From Podarcis gaigeae (Eukaryota): DNA of 64,000 nucleotides. The stretch lies in NCBI GenBank assembly GCA_964106915.2, contig OZ066920.1. The stretch is one strand, 5' to 3'. Numbering within the stretch: the stretch's first letter is position 1; each line of letters opens with the position of its first letter. The notes under the pieces were generated by a model. That model had not been told where the DNA came from. It did not search any database and saw nothing but the letters and a program-made list of their open reading frames with translations. Shown here in pieces: positions 1 to 12,244 of the stretch. The position numbers and the translations under genes were made by a program.

Positions 1-436
1 TTCAGAAGCAAAGGGACTCATATCAAGGCCTGAATCTGTGGCCTCTCTGAGCACCTTCCTCAGTGGCAATCTCAGGTAGTTTGTCCTTTTCCACTGACTC
101 CACTTGAGTCTCAGTCATCCTAAGCATCAGTGGCCTATTCCTTCGAGGATGTCTCATCTAGTACTATTTCTGGTATGAAAACATGATGGGTCACAACACA
201 TACGGTCCAAGCTGAACCAGACTTGTGACATCAGCACCCCATTTTGGAAGCCGCTGGAGTCTGTTCCCATTGAGAGACGTTTTGTTCGGGACTTTATTTT
301 AATGTCATATAGTAGTAGTTTGCAGAAAACAACTTCTAGGGAGCACCTGATGTTACAGTACATACGATGTCGGCAGTGTTTACATACATACTTACATACA
401 TACTGTAAATGATTAAAAAGGATGTGAAATGACCAT

Positions 437-852
437 GTTGTTGTTGTTGTTTAGTCATTTAGTTGGGTCCAACTCTTTGTGACCCCATGGACCAGAGCAC
501 GCCAGGCACTCCTGTCTTCCACTGCCTCCCGCAGTTTGGTCAAACTCATGTTTGTATCTTCGAGAACACTATCCAACCATCCTGTCCTCTGTCGTCCCCT
601 TCTCCTTGTGCCCTCCATCTTTCCCAACATCAGGGTCTTTTCCAGGGAGTCTTCTCTTCTCATGAGGTGGCCAGAGTCTTGGAGCCTCAGCTTCAGGATC
701 TGTCCTTCCAGTGAGCACTCAGGGCTGATTTCCTTAAGAATGAAGAGGTTTGATTTTCTTGCAGTCCATGGGACTCTCAAGAATCTCCTCCAGCACCATA
801 ATTCAAAAGCATCAATTCTTCAGTGATCAGCCTTCTTTATGGGCCAGCTCTC
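437..852 (-). mobile_element. BovB (RTE-clade) LINE, 5'-truncated
   Basis: ORF 451-780 with RVPWTAR...LEKTLMLGK; (CAA)n tail; TSD gaaatgaccat at 426-436 and 853-863. Confidence 0.92.
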
Positions 853-1138
853 GAAATGACCATAATATATATTTAAAAATCATACACACACCACTGTTTT
901 GCTTAATTCAGTAACTTAAAATGCAGCATTTCCACCTTGGGCATAGACATTTGCTGAAATAAGTAAAATAAATTTCTTATATTGTATAATCTACCTGTAC
1001 TGTTAACAATGCTGCCATTGATTTTTTTAGTCTGCAAACGCTCTGTGGTTGTCAGGTCTGATGCTGAATGGATTGCAGTTCTTCATACATCAGTGCCCCC
1101 TCTTCTGTAGCGAACATGATTTCAGCAATGAACTAGTC

Positions 1139-1141
<3 letters not shown>

Positions 1142-1171
<30 letters not shown>
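1142..1171. repeat. (CA)n microsatellite
   Basis: direct reading. Confidence 0.95.
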
Positions 1172-1173
<2 letters not shown>

Positions 1174-2891
1174 TCCCCTTGGAGAGATGTTCTAATTGTG
1201 AACTGTTCTCATGAAGCATGGAAGAATTTTCATAAAACAGAGGAAAATTAAATGCCATGATTAATTTATATGGATTCATAGACTACACAGTCACGAAATG
1301 TTACAGATATCAGCTACTTTGGCCTCCAATATGAAATGGGTCATAAGCTTTCCTAAAGATCAAGGGCACAGACCATTAAGGTACAATTTCATAGTTTTGT
1401 AAAGTCCTGTTGGAATCAATGGTAGTTAAGTGCAGGGAATTATGGATAAGATTGCACGGCACAGATACACATACTTAAGTGCCCTTGTTTTTATGAATGC
1501 AGCTGTATTGTACTGCAGCCAATGGTTCCAATCCAACTGCATGCACAAGGAACAGCTGTGGCCATACAAGTGTAGCCTTTTTTTTTTAAAAAAAAGCTGA
1601 AACCTTGCAAATCAGCATTTTGGTGGAGAAGAGGTAACACATCAAGGGGACGTAATTTAGCCTTCTCCCCCTTCAAAACAGCCAATCAGCTGGATTTCAA
1701 CATTGTTAAAAGGATATGTCCCAGCTGTTGTATCGAGAATGGGAATTATGGCCTGCAGCACCCATTTACCTAGAATTTCCCATCAAGTTCAAGACCAATG
1801 CAACAGCAAGATGAACTCAAAAGGAATAAATGAAAAAGAACAGAAGGGTTTGAAAGGAAAGGGATGGGCTGGGTTAAACTTAAGCAAAATGAAAACCTTG
1901 CTCTAATGGGTGTTGGAAGGGTAATAATGTTACTGCTTCTCAGAGGCAAGAACATTGCAAAGAAGCAAGAAGCATCAGAGATCAAAGCAATTTAGCATCT
2001 CCCCTCCTCACTGCAAATCACTTGAATTGGAGAGCCTTGGTCACAAAATCATTCCTATTTTCAAGGTAGACCCATCAGTCACAATGGAGCCCCCCTCTTC
2101 CTTCACAGAAAATTCATTATATGGCAAGCTGTTTTGTTTTAGCAAGTCTGGTGGGTTTTTTAAAAATGTCTGAACCACCACGGTGCGATGAAGCACTTCA
2201 GGATGTCTCTGCTTCTGTTTGGGACACTTGGGACAGATCCCCTTTTGTCCAAATCTTTTGTGAATCTCTAGTATCTTTCCTAATTTTCCCAAACTGGTTA
2301 CATGCAGTGTGCTACAAAAGGGCAGCTGCTTTCTACTTGAATTTCCAGCGTAATGAATTTGTTCTGTGATTTAAGAAGATGCCTTTACTTTTTTTAAAAT
2401 AGATCCCTGGTACTTTTGGATCATGTTCTGTAAAATGTGTTGTGTTCCAAACAGTCTCTGTTCTTAATTCCCCGCCTCCTCGCCATGGCAACTCGGAGTC
2501 CCTCCTACGTTTGTTGATAGCAATGACTGTTTGAGTTAGAAAGTCATTTCTGAAGCAGATGGAGTGTGCTAGGTGCTAAACTGGCGCTGAATAATCCAGC
2601 AATAAAGTAGACATCAGGTATCCATTGTGGCATTTGTCCTCGGTTCAGGATTTAGCCTGCATTTCACAGTTCAGATTTAGCACCTTAAGGGAGTATCACC
2701 TTGTTTGTTCAAATAAGAAACAGCCACTGTTTTTCCCAAAAATGTTTTGACTGTGAACAGCATGGGTAGTGTGACTGGGAGGGTAGGGAGGAGCGGTGGA
2801 ATACCATTCCAAAATGCATTTTCCACAGCTCCCCCCTCCCATGTTACATGTTGTGGTTCCTGCCTGTAACTCACAACTTGAGTTGGATGTA

Positions 2892-3117
2892 CAGTGGTAC
2901 CTCGGGTTAAGTACTTAACTCGTTCCGGAGGTCGGTACTTAAGCTGAAACTGTTCTTAACCTGAAGCACCACTTTAGCTAATGGGGCCTCCTGCTGCTGC
3001 CGTGCTGCTGGAGCATGATTTCTGTTCTCATCCTGAAGCAAAGTTCTTAACCTGAAGCACTATTTTTGGGTTAGTGGAGTCTGTAACCTGAAGCGTATGT
3101 AACCCGAGGTACCACTG
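2892..3117. mobile_element. Tc1/mariner (Tigger-like) MITE
   Basis: TIR CAGTGGTACCTCGGGTT...AACCCGAGGTACCACTG; TA on both flanks. Confidence 0.9.
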
Positions 3118-3173
3118 TATTAAATAGTTTGAGGGTGGTGGTTCACTCACTTTGATTGTATTATAAAGTATTT

Positions 3174-3388
3174 GAGGTGTGTGGAATGTTAGGGGAGGGA
3201 TAGTACCTCTGGTGGGGGCTCATGTTGTGGTCCTTCTGGGGTAGCTTTTCCACCTTTGGTCCCCACCCTACACCCAGCTCTCATTCGTAGAAGCTGTCAT
3301 CGTGTGATACAGCTTTGTCAGGCTGGCTAAACCAGGTGAAGGTAGACCATGGGTCTCAAATCCTCAGTGAGTTAGGGAGTTCTCCTGC
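3174..3388 (+). mobile_element. 5' part of a non-autonomous retroposon with a decayed HDV-like ribozyme head
   Basis: reverse complement of 5718-5733 plus 5973-6166; keeps GGCTAAACCAGGTGA; has internal deletions. Confidence 0.65.
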
Positions 3389-3468
3389 CAATGTTATTTT
3401 GCACTATGTCAGACACCTTGGGCATGCACAAAATCTACATCTACAGAACAGTTGAATGAGTTCGAAGT

Positions 3469-3909
3469 AAGGAGGGCAACCAAAATGGTCAAAGGCCTGG
3501 AAACGATGCCTTGTGAGGAACGGCTAAGGGAGCTGGGCATGTTTAGCCTGGAGAAGAGGAGGTTAAGGGGTGATATGATAGCCATGTTCAAATATATAAA
3601 AGGATGTCACATAGAGGAGGGAGAAAGGTTGTTTTCTGCTGCTCCAGAGAAGCGGACACGGAGCAATGGTTCCAAACTACAAGAAAGAAGATTCCACCTA
3701 AACATTAGGAAGAACTTCCTGACAGTAAGGGCTGTTCGACAGTGGAATTTGCTGCCAAGGAGTGTGGTGGAGTCTCCTTCTTTGGAGGTCTTTAAGCAGA
3801 GGCTTGACAACCATATGTCAGGAGTGCTCTGATGGTGTTTCCTGCTTGGCAGGGGGTTGGACTCGATGGCCCTTGTGGTCTCTTCCAACTCTATGATTCT
3901 ATGATTCTA
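3469..3909 (+). mobile_element. CR1 LINE 3' end (young)
   Basis: ORF ...[16 protein letters not shown]...; terminal (ATTCTATG)n. Confidence 0.92.
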
Positions 3910-5235
3910 AAAATGATGATTAAAAAAAAATCATCTGGGAAATCAACTGTAACCACCATCACCACCACCACCAGAAGTCAAATCCCCAATGGTGGTATAG
4001 CGGTGTTGTGTTTTCCTGAAAGTAGTGGTTTTCAACACTGAAGGTTGCTGGTCCCACCAATGGAAATTCTAATGAGAAACTGGCCTTTAGCAGGAGGCTC
4101 AGAAGGACAGGGAGGAGAGAGGAGGAGACGTATGCAGCTCTGGGGAAACCCTGGGGAAACCTACCCATGAGCAGTTTGAAAACTGGTTCATGAAGTGGTG
4201 CATATGTATCTTATGTTTTTCCATGCATCAGGCAGTGGAACATGGTGAAGAGTTCCTGGACACAGGGGAATTAATATTGTTTGGTCTTCTTAAAATACAA
4301 CTGCAATTTCCACATGCTTCCCAGCTAATTTGTCTTTGGTTCCAAATCTTGCAGTCAAGAATGCAAAAATTCATTTTTTCCACCTACAGACCACCTCTGC
4401 GACCATGATTCTGTCATTTGATGGGGGAAGGACTGGGATTAAAATATATGCTAAAAATTAATCCCCTTCATCTCACAACTTTCTTCTGTTATATTTAATG
4501 TGATCCCACCTCCTTTCCAAGTAAAAGAGTCAAGAAGTATCACAACTCAATTTACTTTTCAAGTTATGCTATGCTTGAAAATATCAAATTATACTGTGAA
4601 AGATATTGTATTTAATTTTTTTTGCTGTGAAAGAATTTATAGAAGCAATTTCTGGTAGAACTGTTGAAGCATTTGTTTTTCATTGTCACCCTAGTTTACA
4701 TTGTTCTTGGTTTTTCTCTCTCTTTTCCTGTTCAGGCTCTGATCTGGGTCACTAACTACTTTTATAGATCAAATGTGCATGTAATATCATCTTCTGGATC
4801 AGAGACCTTTATGCTTCAGGTTTTTCTCGTCGTTTCTGTTTCCCGTTCTCACCTTTGCTCCTTAAACACCTAAGTATCATTTTGCGGTTTCAAATCTGCA
4901 TTTGGTTTTTTGTTCCCAGGCATCATTTGGGAGCTCAAAAAACAAGTCAGGTTTCTTGTGACCTTCTTCTCAGTTCAATGATTTCTTCTTCTCAATGATT
5001 TTCCGTGCTGGTTGTGCCAGCATTATTCAGTACCATCCTGTTCTTAGCAACATTACATTTTGTGATTTGGTCTTTTTATTGTTGTTGTTGTTGGCACCTG
5101 TCTATCTCTAGAGACAATGGAGTGCATTTCCAGGGGTGAAGTCAGACTGCTGAAGAATCATAGCACCTTCTGTGGCTGCAGTGACTAGTAACTCATAAAT
5201 GCTGCCTCCCACATTGTTTTGGCTGCGTGACCTCT

Positions 5236-5447
5236 GAGAGCCAGTGTGGTGTAGTGGTTAAGAGCGGTAGACTCGTAATCTGGGGAACCGGGTTCGCGTC
5301 TCCGCCCCTCCACATCCTCTGAAGTCTCTCAGCCCCACTCACCTCACAGAGTGTTTGTTGTGGGGGAGGAAGGGAAAGGAGAATGTTAGCCACTTTGAGA
5401 CTCCTTCGGGTAGTGACAAAGCGGGATATCAAATCCAAACTCTTCTT
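5236..5447 (+). mobile_element. Squam3-type tRNA-derived SINE
   Basis: GAGAGCCAGTGTGGTGTAGTGGTTAAG head with A/B boxes; CTT tail. Confidence 0.8.
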
Positions 5448-5733
5448 CTGAGGCAAAAGCCTGGGCTGTGTATATGTCTGCCCAGATGACAAGACCCCCC
5501 TCTCAGCCTTGCTGATGTGGTCCAAAGGAAAGCCTTTCTTATGAAGACAGCGGAAGTTTAGGATCAGAGTTGCGCTCTCCTAGATGGGCTACCTTTCCAG
5601 GTAGACGAGCCCCATCTGCCCCTCACTTCCCTCTACAGCACATGCAGAAACAGCCTTCTTGCCCATTGGACCCACTATCGGTCTCATCCACTCAATCTGC
5701 AAGAGCCTTTCTTTGCATGCAGGTGAAGTCCTT

Positions 5734-5942
5734 GAGAGCCAGTGTGGTGTAGTGGTTAAGAGTGATAGACTCGTAATCTGGGGAACCGGGTTCGCGTCTC
5801 CGCTCCTCCACTTGCAGCTGCTGGGTGACCTTGGGCCAGTCACACTTCTCTGAAGTAGGAAGGGAAAGGAGAATGTTAGCCGCTTTGAGACTCCTTCGGG
5901 TAGTATCAAATCCAAACTCCTCCTCTTCTTCTTCTTCTTCTT

Positions 5943-5972
<30 letters not shown>
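5734..5972 (+). mobile_element. Squam3-type SINE with long (CTT)n tail
   Basis: same head as the 5236 copy; CORE-like GTGACCTTGGGCCAGTCAC. Confidence 0.8.
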
Positions 5973-5973
<1 letters not shown>

Positions 5974-7236
5974 ACTTACTGAGGGTTTAAGACCCATCAG
6001 CTGCCCTTACCTGATTTAGCCAACCAGCCAAAATCATTTCCTGGGCGTGTGGCCGCTTTCGCATTCTGACAGCTCCTAGGAGCCACAGGTGAGAGCTGAG
6101 TTCAGGGTGAGGACTAAAGGTGGACAGATTACCCAAGAAGCAGCATGACATGTCCCCCACCACCCCTGTCCTTTTTTTATGCATAGTTTAATTCGGATTT
6201 CAGAATCTGTCCCCCCCCCCCGTTCACTGTTGTGCATATTTGTGTTGCATGCATGTATGTGTGCATGCTTGAAAAATATTGGCATTATCTGTAATAATTT
6301 TCATTTTTAAGAGTATTACAGGAATTATTTGAGTTTGGGTTTTTTGTACATTTATCGATTTCACCCATACAAATAACAGAATTTAAAACATAAATAATAT
6401 TCTGAGCACAATTGAAATAAAAACTCACTTCCAAAGATTATTAGGCACAGCAAAAACAACACAATAATTACTCTCTGCAAAGTACAGTGGAAACACGATA
6501 AATGCCACTGTTCTTCTGGATGTTACTACAGCAGAAATAAACAATGAGTTCCACAAAGTAGCATACTGAGATGGTGGCATTACAATCACCCGTTTTCTTC
6601 TTCACATTTATGACAAAATCAAGCCATTCTGATCCAAAACTCTCTTTTTAGACCCCGCCCCAAGCCAATTTTGTCTGCTTTTCCACGAAAAGGTTTAAAA
6701 AGCTTTTTAAAAAAACAACAGCTCTATACCCAGGAGTCAGTGCACTTGCTGCTTGTTCTCTTATCCTGGCTTTTGTTATGAACAATGGCATTTAACGTTT
6801 CTGCATCCCGGCCAAATTAGTATTGCTTTTCAGTCAGAGGTTGCAAAAATCTTTTAAAGTTAAAAATACCAATTTTCCCCATAAGGCACCCAAATCACAA
6901 TCCTTACCTTTATTGATAAACTCTGGATGAGAAGTCAGGGGGGCTAGCAGTGAAATACCAGACATTAAAGTTCCCTTTCTATCTTTCCAAATTATTAACA
7001 CAAACTTATGTTTCAAATAAGGCAGTTCCCATATTGCATATACTTGTGCTGATAGTTGCAACTCATCTGCTGTTGGGGGTTGGGGAATGCATGCATAGCC
7101 ATCAAAATTCTGGAAGAAGAGATGCTGTGTTGGGCCCTTCGGGGATATTAGATGCAGGAGGAAATATACTAGCATACTGTTATCAGTTCATTTTATTTGT
7201 ACAGACTTTAAAGGTTATTTTTTTGGGGGGGATATT

Positions 7237-7551
7237 CTAGGACTTGCCGATCAGAAGGTCAGCGGTTCGGATCCCCGCGACGGGGTGAGCTCCCGTTGCT
7301 CGGTCCCTGCTCCTGCCAACCTAGCAGTTCAAAAGCACATCAAAGTGCAAGTAGATAAATAGGTACCGCTCCGGCGGGAAGGTAAACGGTGTTTCCGTAC
7401 GCTGCTCTGGTTTGCCAGAAGCAGCTTAGTCATGCTGGCCACATCTCCCGGAAGCTGTATGCCGGCTCACTCAGCCAATAAAGCGAGATGAGCACCGCAA
7501 CCCCAGAGTCGGTCACGACTGGGCCTAATGGTCAGGGGTCCCTTTACCTTT
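7237..7551 (+). mobile_element. Sauria SINE (5'-truncated)
   Basis: matches the other copies in the window; ACCTTT tail. Confidence 0.9.
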
Positions 7552-10287
7552 GCTTTAATGCTCATGACACAGTTTTCACTAGAAAATCATTTTGGATCGT
7601 TTTCTGATTCTAATTTTTTTTGAAGGGCATAATATTTTCTGATGAATGCATGTGTCGTGGATACCACTGATCCATTTTTATTCTGTGGAAAGGAAGTTCC
7701 CAATCATTTAGAATTTTTTTTTTGGGGGGGGGAGCCATTAGAATCATTATAAGTTATTATAACACCATCAGTGTACATGGCACTTTCAAGAAAAACATCA
7801 CTGCCATCCCCGCAAAAACCAGCTCTGATGAGCTAACAAATTTCAACTGTAGGAAAGAAAACATAGAAGGAAATGAGAGATTAAGGCTGGTCTCCAAGGG
7901 GACAAGCCATTGCCTTCATAGAAGAGGAAGGGTTTTGTTGTGAAGGCAATTGAAGGAAGAGAGAAAAATTGCTCCAAGTAAGTGTTCTGGAAGAGAGCAT
8001 TGGGAAAAGGAAGGGATAGCATGCAGGAGGCTTGAGGACAATAAAGAGTAGTAGAACTGGAATACGGTGGGCAGTCATGGAAAAAGTAATCTTCCACTAG
8101 TGAATTGATGTTGCTGTCACGTCATCACTTGGCTAATCTTGCCATGGTTTTGTACTAATTCTACTCACTTTGTATTCTTGTACAGTTCCTTCTCCATTCC
8201 AAGGAAAGCTGCCCCTTCATATTATCAAGAGAAGGAAAAGCAGTGTCTTGACTAATCATCTAAAATTAACTACATAGCGGGGAGCTGTCTCTTTAATGTA
8301 GCAAACGAAGGCATAATGAGATCTGCTGTTGGAACTAGACAAATTTCAAACTGGAACAGGCCACACATTATTCATGGTGAGGGCTATTAGTCATTCGAGC
8401 AACGTATCTTGGGACATGATGATGGTTGAGAAATGAGTAATCAATGGATTCTAGGCCTAATTCTCAATGAGGTAGTAAACCTGTATCTATGCTGTGCAAC
8501 TTCCGTTTGCAGGTGTTGGCTGGCAGGAATGAATGCTCTTCCATGCAAAATAATTCCCCACATATGTCAGCTAGAATGTCAAAGGCCAAGATTCCCATCT
8601 AACCTTTCTTTTGGCATGCAAGCTTTTTCTGTGTAGATTTTTATTTTTATTTTGTATGGAGAAGCATTGAACTTGCAGGTAGTACAATCTGAGGGTAGTG
8701 CAGCCAAAAGATGGCTGGGTGAGAACATTTTAAAAGCTTTGTTCTGGATTATCTAGAAACGATGGGTCTCCTTTGATGAGAACAGAAAGTGTCATGGGTG
8801 AATTGGCTCATAGGGACACAGGACATTTTCTGCAGAGCATATTAGGGCCATTTGACTTCAGGAGGATATGTTTGTACCACTCCCTTTGCTCCAGCAATTA
8901 TTATTTTTTTGGGGGGGGGTTAAAATTTATACCCAGCCCTTCAGTTCTAATTAGCATTTCCAGGAGAGCTTACAACAGGCAATGCAAAATTTCCAAGAAT
9001 ATAATGCAGCAGATGAGTTAGTTTTAGATGATTAATAAAAACACTGCTTTTCCTTCTCTTGATTATCTGAAGGGACATAATCAAATGAATAACTTTAACA
9101 AGGGTTAAAAGGAAGTCTTGTCCCAGTCCAGTCATTCCCCCTACCTCCACCCCTGCCGATAATCTGGGGCACCATGTAAATGACAGTGATGTTATGGCAT
9201 TTAGTGTTCTTGTCAGAGAAGCATTAGGGTTGCTGCTTCTTTTTTGTCCTGATCAGTGGGTGCCACGCTGTAACTGTGACTCATGCTTTCCTTTCTGGCT
9301 CAGGACATGTGGTCAGGGCCTGCAGAGCACACGCTGCAAAAGGCACTCTATTTGTAGAAAATATAAAGCACAAGGAGCTGAAAGCATGCATGCAAAGACA
9401 ATTAACATTTTAGTTTACCTATTTAAAAACACGATGACACTATGGCTGAGAACAGGCATGCAACAGAATGAAGTAGTGTAGCCTTGAGCTGATAGAATCG
9501 ACTGCAGGTCAGGAGTGCCATTTTTTTAATGCTCTCATGTAAACATTATTATTATTATTATTATTTAAAAAAACATTCCTTCAAATAGAAAATCAACACG
9601 TCAGGGAGTTTACATACTGATTTTCTCCCTGCTGTGCTAGTTACCTGCTTGCAGAAAGTTATTTTTGCTTGTATTTGTACTTAGAGAAGCATCTAAATAG
9701 GTAATCCCTCACCTGCAGTTTGAAACCCTCTTTTCCACTTCCAAATTCTGCTGCCTTCTTCTGTGGCATCTGCCTCTAGTCTTAGATGCCATGCTGTATC
9801 CTGACAGCAGGCTACCCTTCCAATGGACGCTCACAACCTGATTTTGCATGTTCACAATTCCTTGCCATTCTGATATCTCCTGAGAGTGCATTTCAGGTAG
9901 TTTCGCTCTACCACACCTGATCCAGTTTCTCTATACTTCAAGCTCTTCTTGCCTTTATTTTTTGAGAAAAGCGTGCTCGTGGAGTAATTTATTTATTTAT
10001 TATTATTTTTTGCAGCCAGTGGTGTTTGTGTGGCTATTAGGAATATAGGAAGCTTTTTTTTATCAAGTCAGCCTCATTGGTCCACCTCTATTGTTTACAA
10101 TGACTGGCTGTTCAGGTTTTTGGACATACTCTTGTCCCATCTCTACCTGGATGTGCCAGGAACTGAATCTGAAACCTGCTCTTCATTCAAAGCTGCATTC
10201 TCTGTCACTGGCTACAGACTCCCCCTAAAAGATTCTGCAGGCTGCCAAGTTTACTGAGAGTTAGGCAGGTGACCAATTAATAACAAT

Positions 10288-10898
10288 AATAGAATTGTAG
10301 TGTTGGAATACTACAATGCTACCTGCAATAAAGGAATATCTTCTTTCTTTGGCGATCACTTGTAGCCGAGTAAGATTGTCTTCCATAAACATGGTTTTAA
10401 CCATGAGTCCGTAAGTGACTGTGGAGGCCGATACTGGATCCACACGTCCTTCCACAGTGGGGACATTGGTTTCCAGGCGGGAGTTGATCACAGTGTAGAT
10501 TTGCCAAGCGTGCCTTCCTCTTAGCACATTTCTCCCTTGCATCCTGAGTTTGAGTGTCTTCAAAGCCCATGACACCTTTGGTAAAGGCTGTTCTCCAACT
10601 GGAGCGCTCGCAGGCCAGTGTTTCCCAGTTGTCAGTGTTTATACCACATTTTTTTAGATTTGCCTTGAGACAGTCTTTAAACCTCTTTGTTTACCACCAG
10701 CATTACGCTTTCCATTTTAAAGTTTGGAATAGAGTAGTTCCTTTGGAAGACAGTCCCACTCGATGGATCATCACCTTGTCGTGGTGAGTGGACTTGCATG
10801 TTCCTCTGACCCTTGCGAGCAAAAGGAATATGCAACTGCCCCATACAGGGATTGAACCTGCAACTTTGGGGTTATCAGCACCACACTCCAACCAACTG
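10288..10898 (-). mobile_element. tRNA(Ile-like)-headed, CR1-tailed SINE split by an RTE insertion
   Basis: minus-strand AGTTGGTTGGAGTGTGGTGCTGATAAC...GGTTCAATCCC head at about 10838-10898; tail TTCCAACACTACAATTCTA near 10290-10308. Confidence 0.6.
10340..10821 (-). mobile_element. RTE-clade LINE 3' end (not BovB) with extra 5' segment
   Basis: frameshifted translation LPKELLYSKL-NGKRNAGG / KRFKDCLKANLKKCGINTDNWETLACERSSWR; TSD aaaggaatat at 10330-10339 and 10822-10831. Confidence 0.8.
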
Positions 10899-12244
10899 GT
10901 GCTGTGATGCATTCTAGTCCCTAGGAACAAAGCAGTATATACAAGTGGGGTGGCAGAGACACAACTTGGACAAGGATAGGCATTAGGTGTGCAATATTGG
11001 CAGTTATAAATGCAACGTCTTTTTTTTTTAATTAATAATTAATCCCTTCTCCCCACGGCACATCCTCACCCCGCAAGGTGGTAGATGAATCAGTTAGATA
11101 TGAAAGCAGGAGCCCAGGCAGAGTGGTAGATTTGAAGTTCTTGTTGTACCTTTGCCTGCAGTATAGTAAATTGGGGTGGCAGGGGAGGAGGAAAGTGGAA
11201 GCATGAATCTCACCGTGCCAAATTTTGCCAAAGTCTGAGGGTATTACCTCACAGGGAGAAAAGCACATAACTGGAAGACTACACTAGGTGTACAACTGAT
11301 TATTTCTAGCACTAGGAAAGGTCCATGGTGGTTAGGTATAGTTTACTTAAATGTTTCTCTTAACTAAAATTGTCTCTGGGGTCATTTCCACATTTGGCTG
11401 TGGTCCAGTTTTGCATACTGTCCCCATGGTGTCTGCATCAAATTGGTATTTTCCCATTTAATCCACAGAACATTCAGTAAGTGGGGAAAATCCCACAGAA
11501 ATGGGGGGGGGGGGAGAAGGGTGTCATTTTGATGAGGGACAGTGTTATATGGATGCTGCAAACACACACACACAAAGTTTCATGCATGAGCCGCACCCGA
11601 GCGTTCAATAAACTGCCAAGTTGAAGCCCACTAGTTATTTAGCAAGTTATGATGCAGAATGCACACTTTCCGACTTTTTAATTTTCTTCTATACACAACT
11701 AGAAGCCTCCTTGAAGGGTGGGAAATGACTTATACAAAATCCGAGAGACTGTACACTTTTGTGGCGTGTGCTTTAATGAAATGGAAAGGCATGTCACAGG
11801 CGTACTACTCCTCCTTCCCCCCCCCCCACCAATTGAGGCATGCCGCAGCCTTGGGGCCTTGTCGCAGCTGTTAATCCAGCTTGTGATATGCATTTCACTT
11901 CTGCAAAGAGACATGCCAGGAAATACTGCAGCTCTAATTGCACAGTGTTAGAGTGCATGGAACATATTATATTTATTGGGTTATAGTTCTTCCTTGATAT
12001 TAATAGTCAAAAACAGGGCTGACAAATGGAGGCAAGCGCTGAGATAATAAAACCTCTTACTAGTATTGACGCCATCCTGCTGACTGCCACAGTGCTTTTC
12101 CAGGAACACGTTACAGCTCAATTCAGCTAGCCCCAGAATTCATCACTTGTTGAGGAATAATAATAATAATAATAGGATACTGTAGAAAACGTGATTGTGC
12201 TTATTATCTTTTATTCAAGCTAGAGCCTTGTCTCCGTGTGTAGG

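Larger units (their letters stand above)
5078..6166 (-). mobile_element. Non-autonomous retroposon (about 640 bp net, RTE-like candidate) interrupted by two SINEs
   Basis: (CAA)n tail near 5078-5092; homologous to 30256-30581 and 3174-3388; flanks rejoin across both SINE insertions. Confidence 0.65.

Noticed and set aside
10838-10898. tRNA-Ile-like gene on the minus strand
   Set aside because: No intact acceptor stem; it continues into a SINE body and a CR1-like tail, so it is a SINE head
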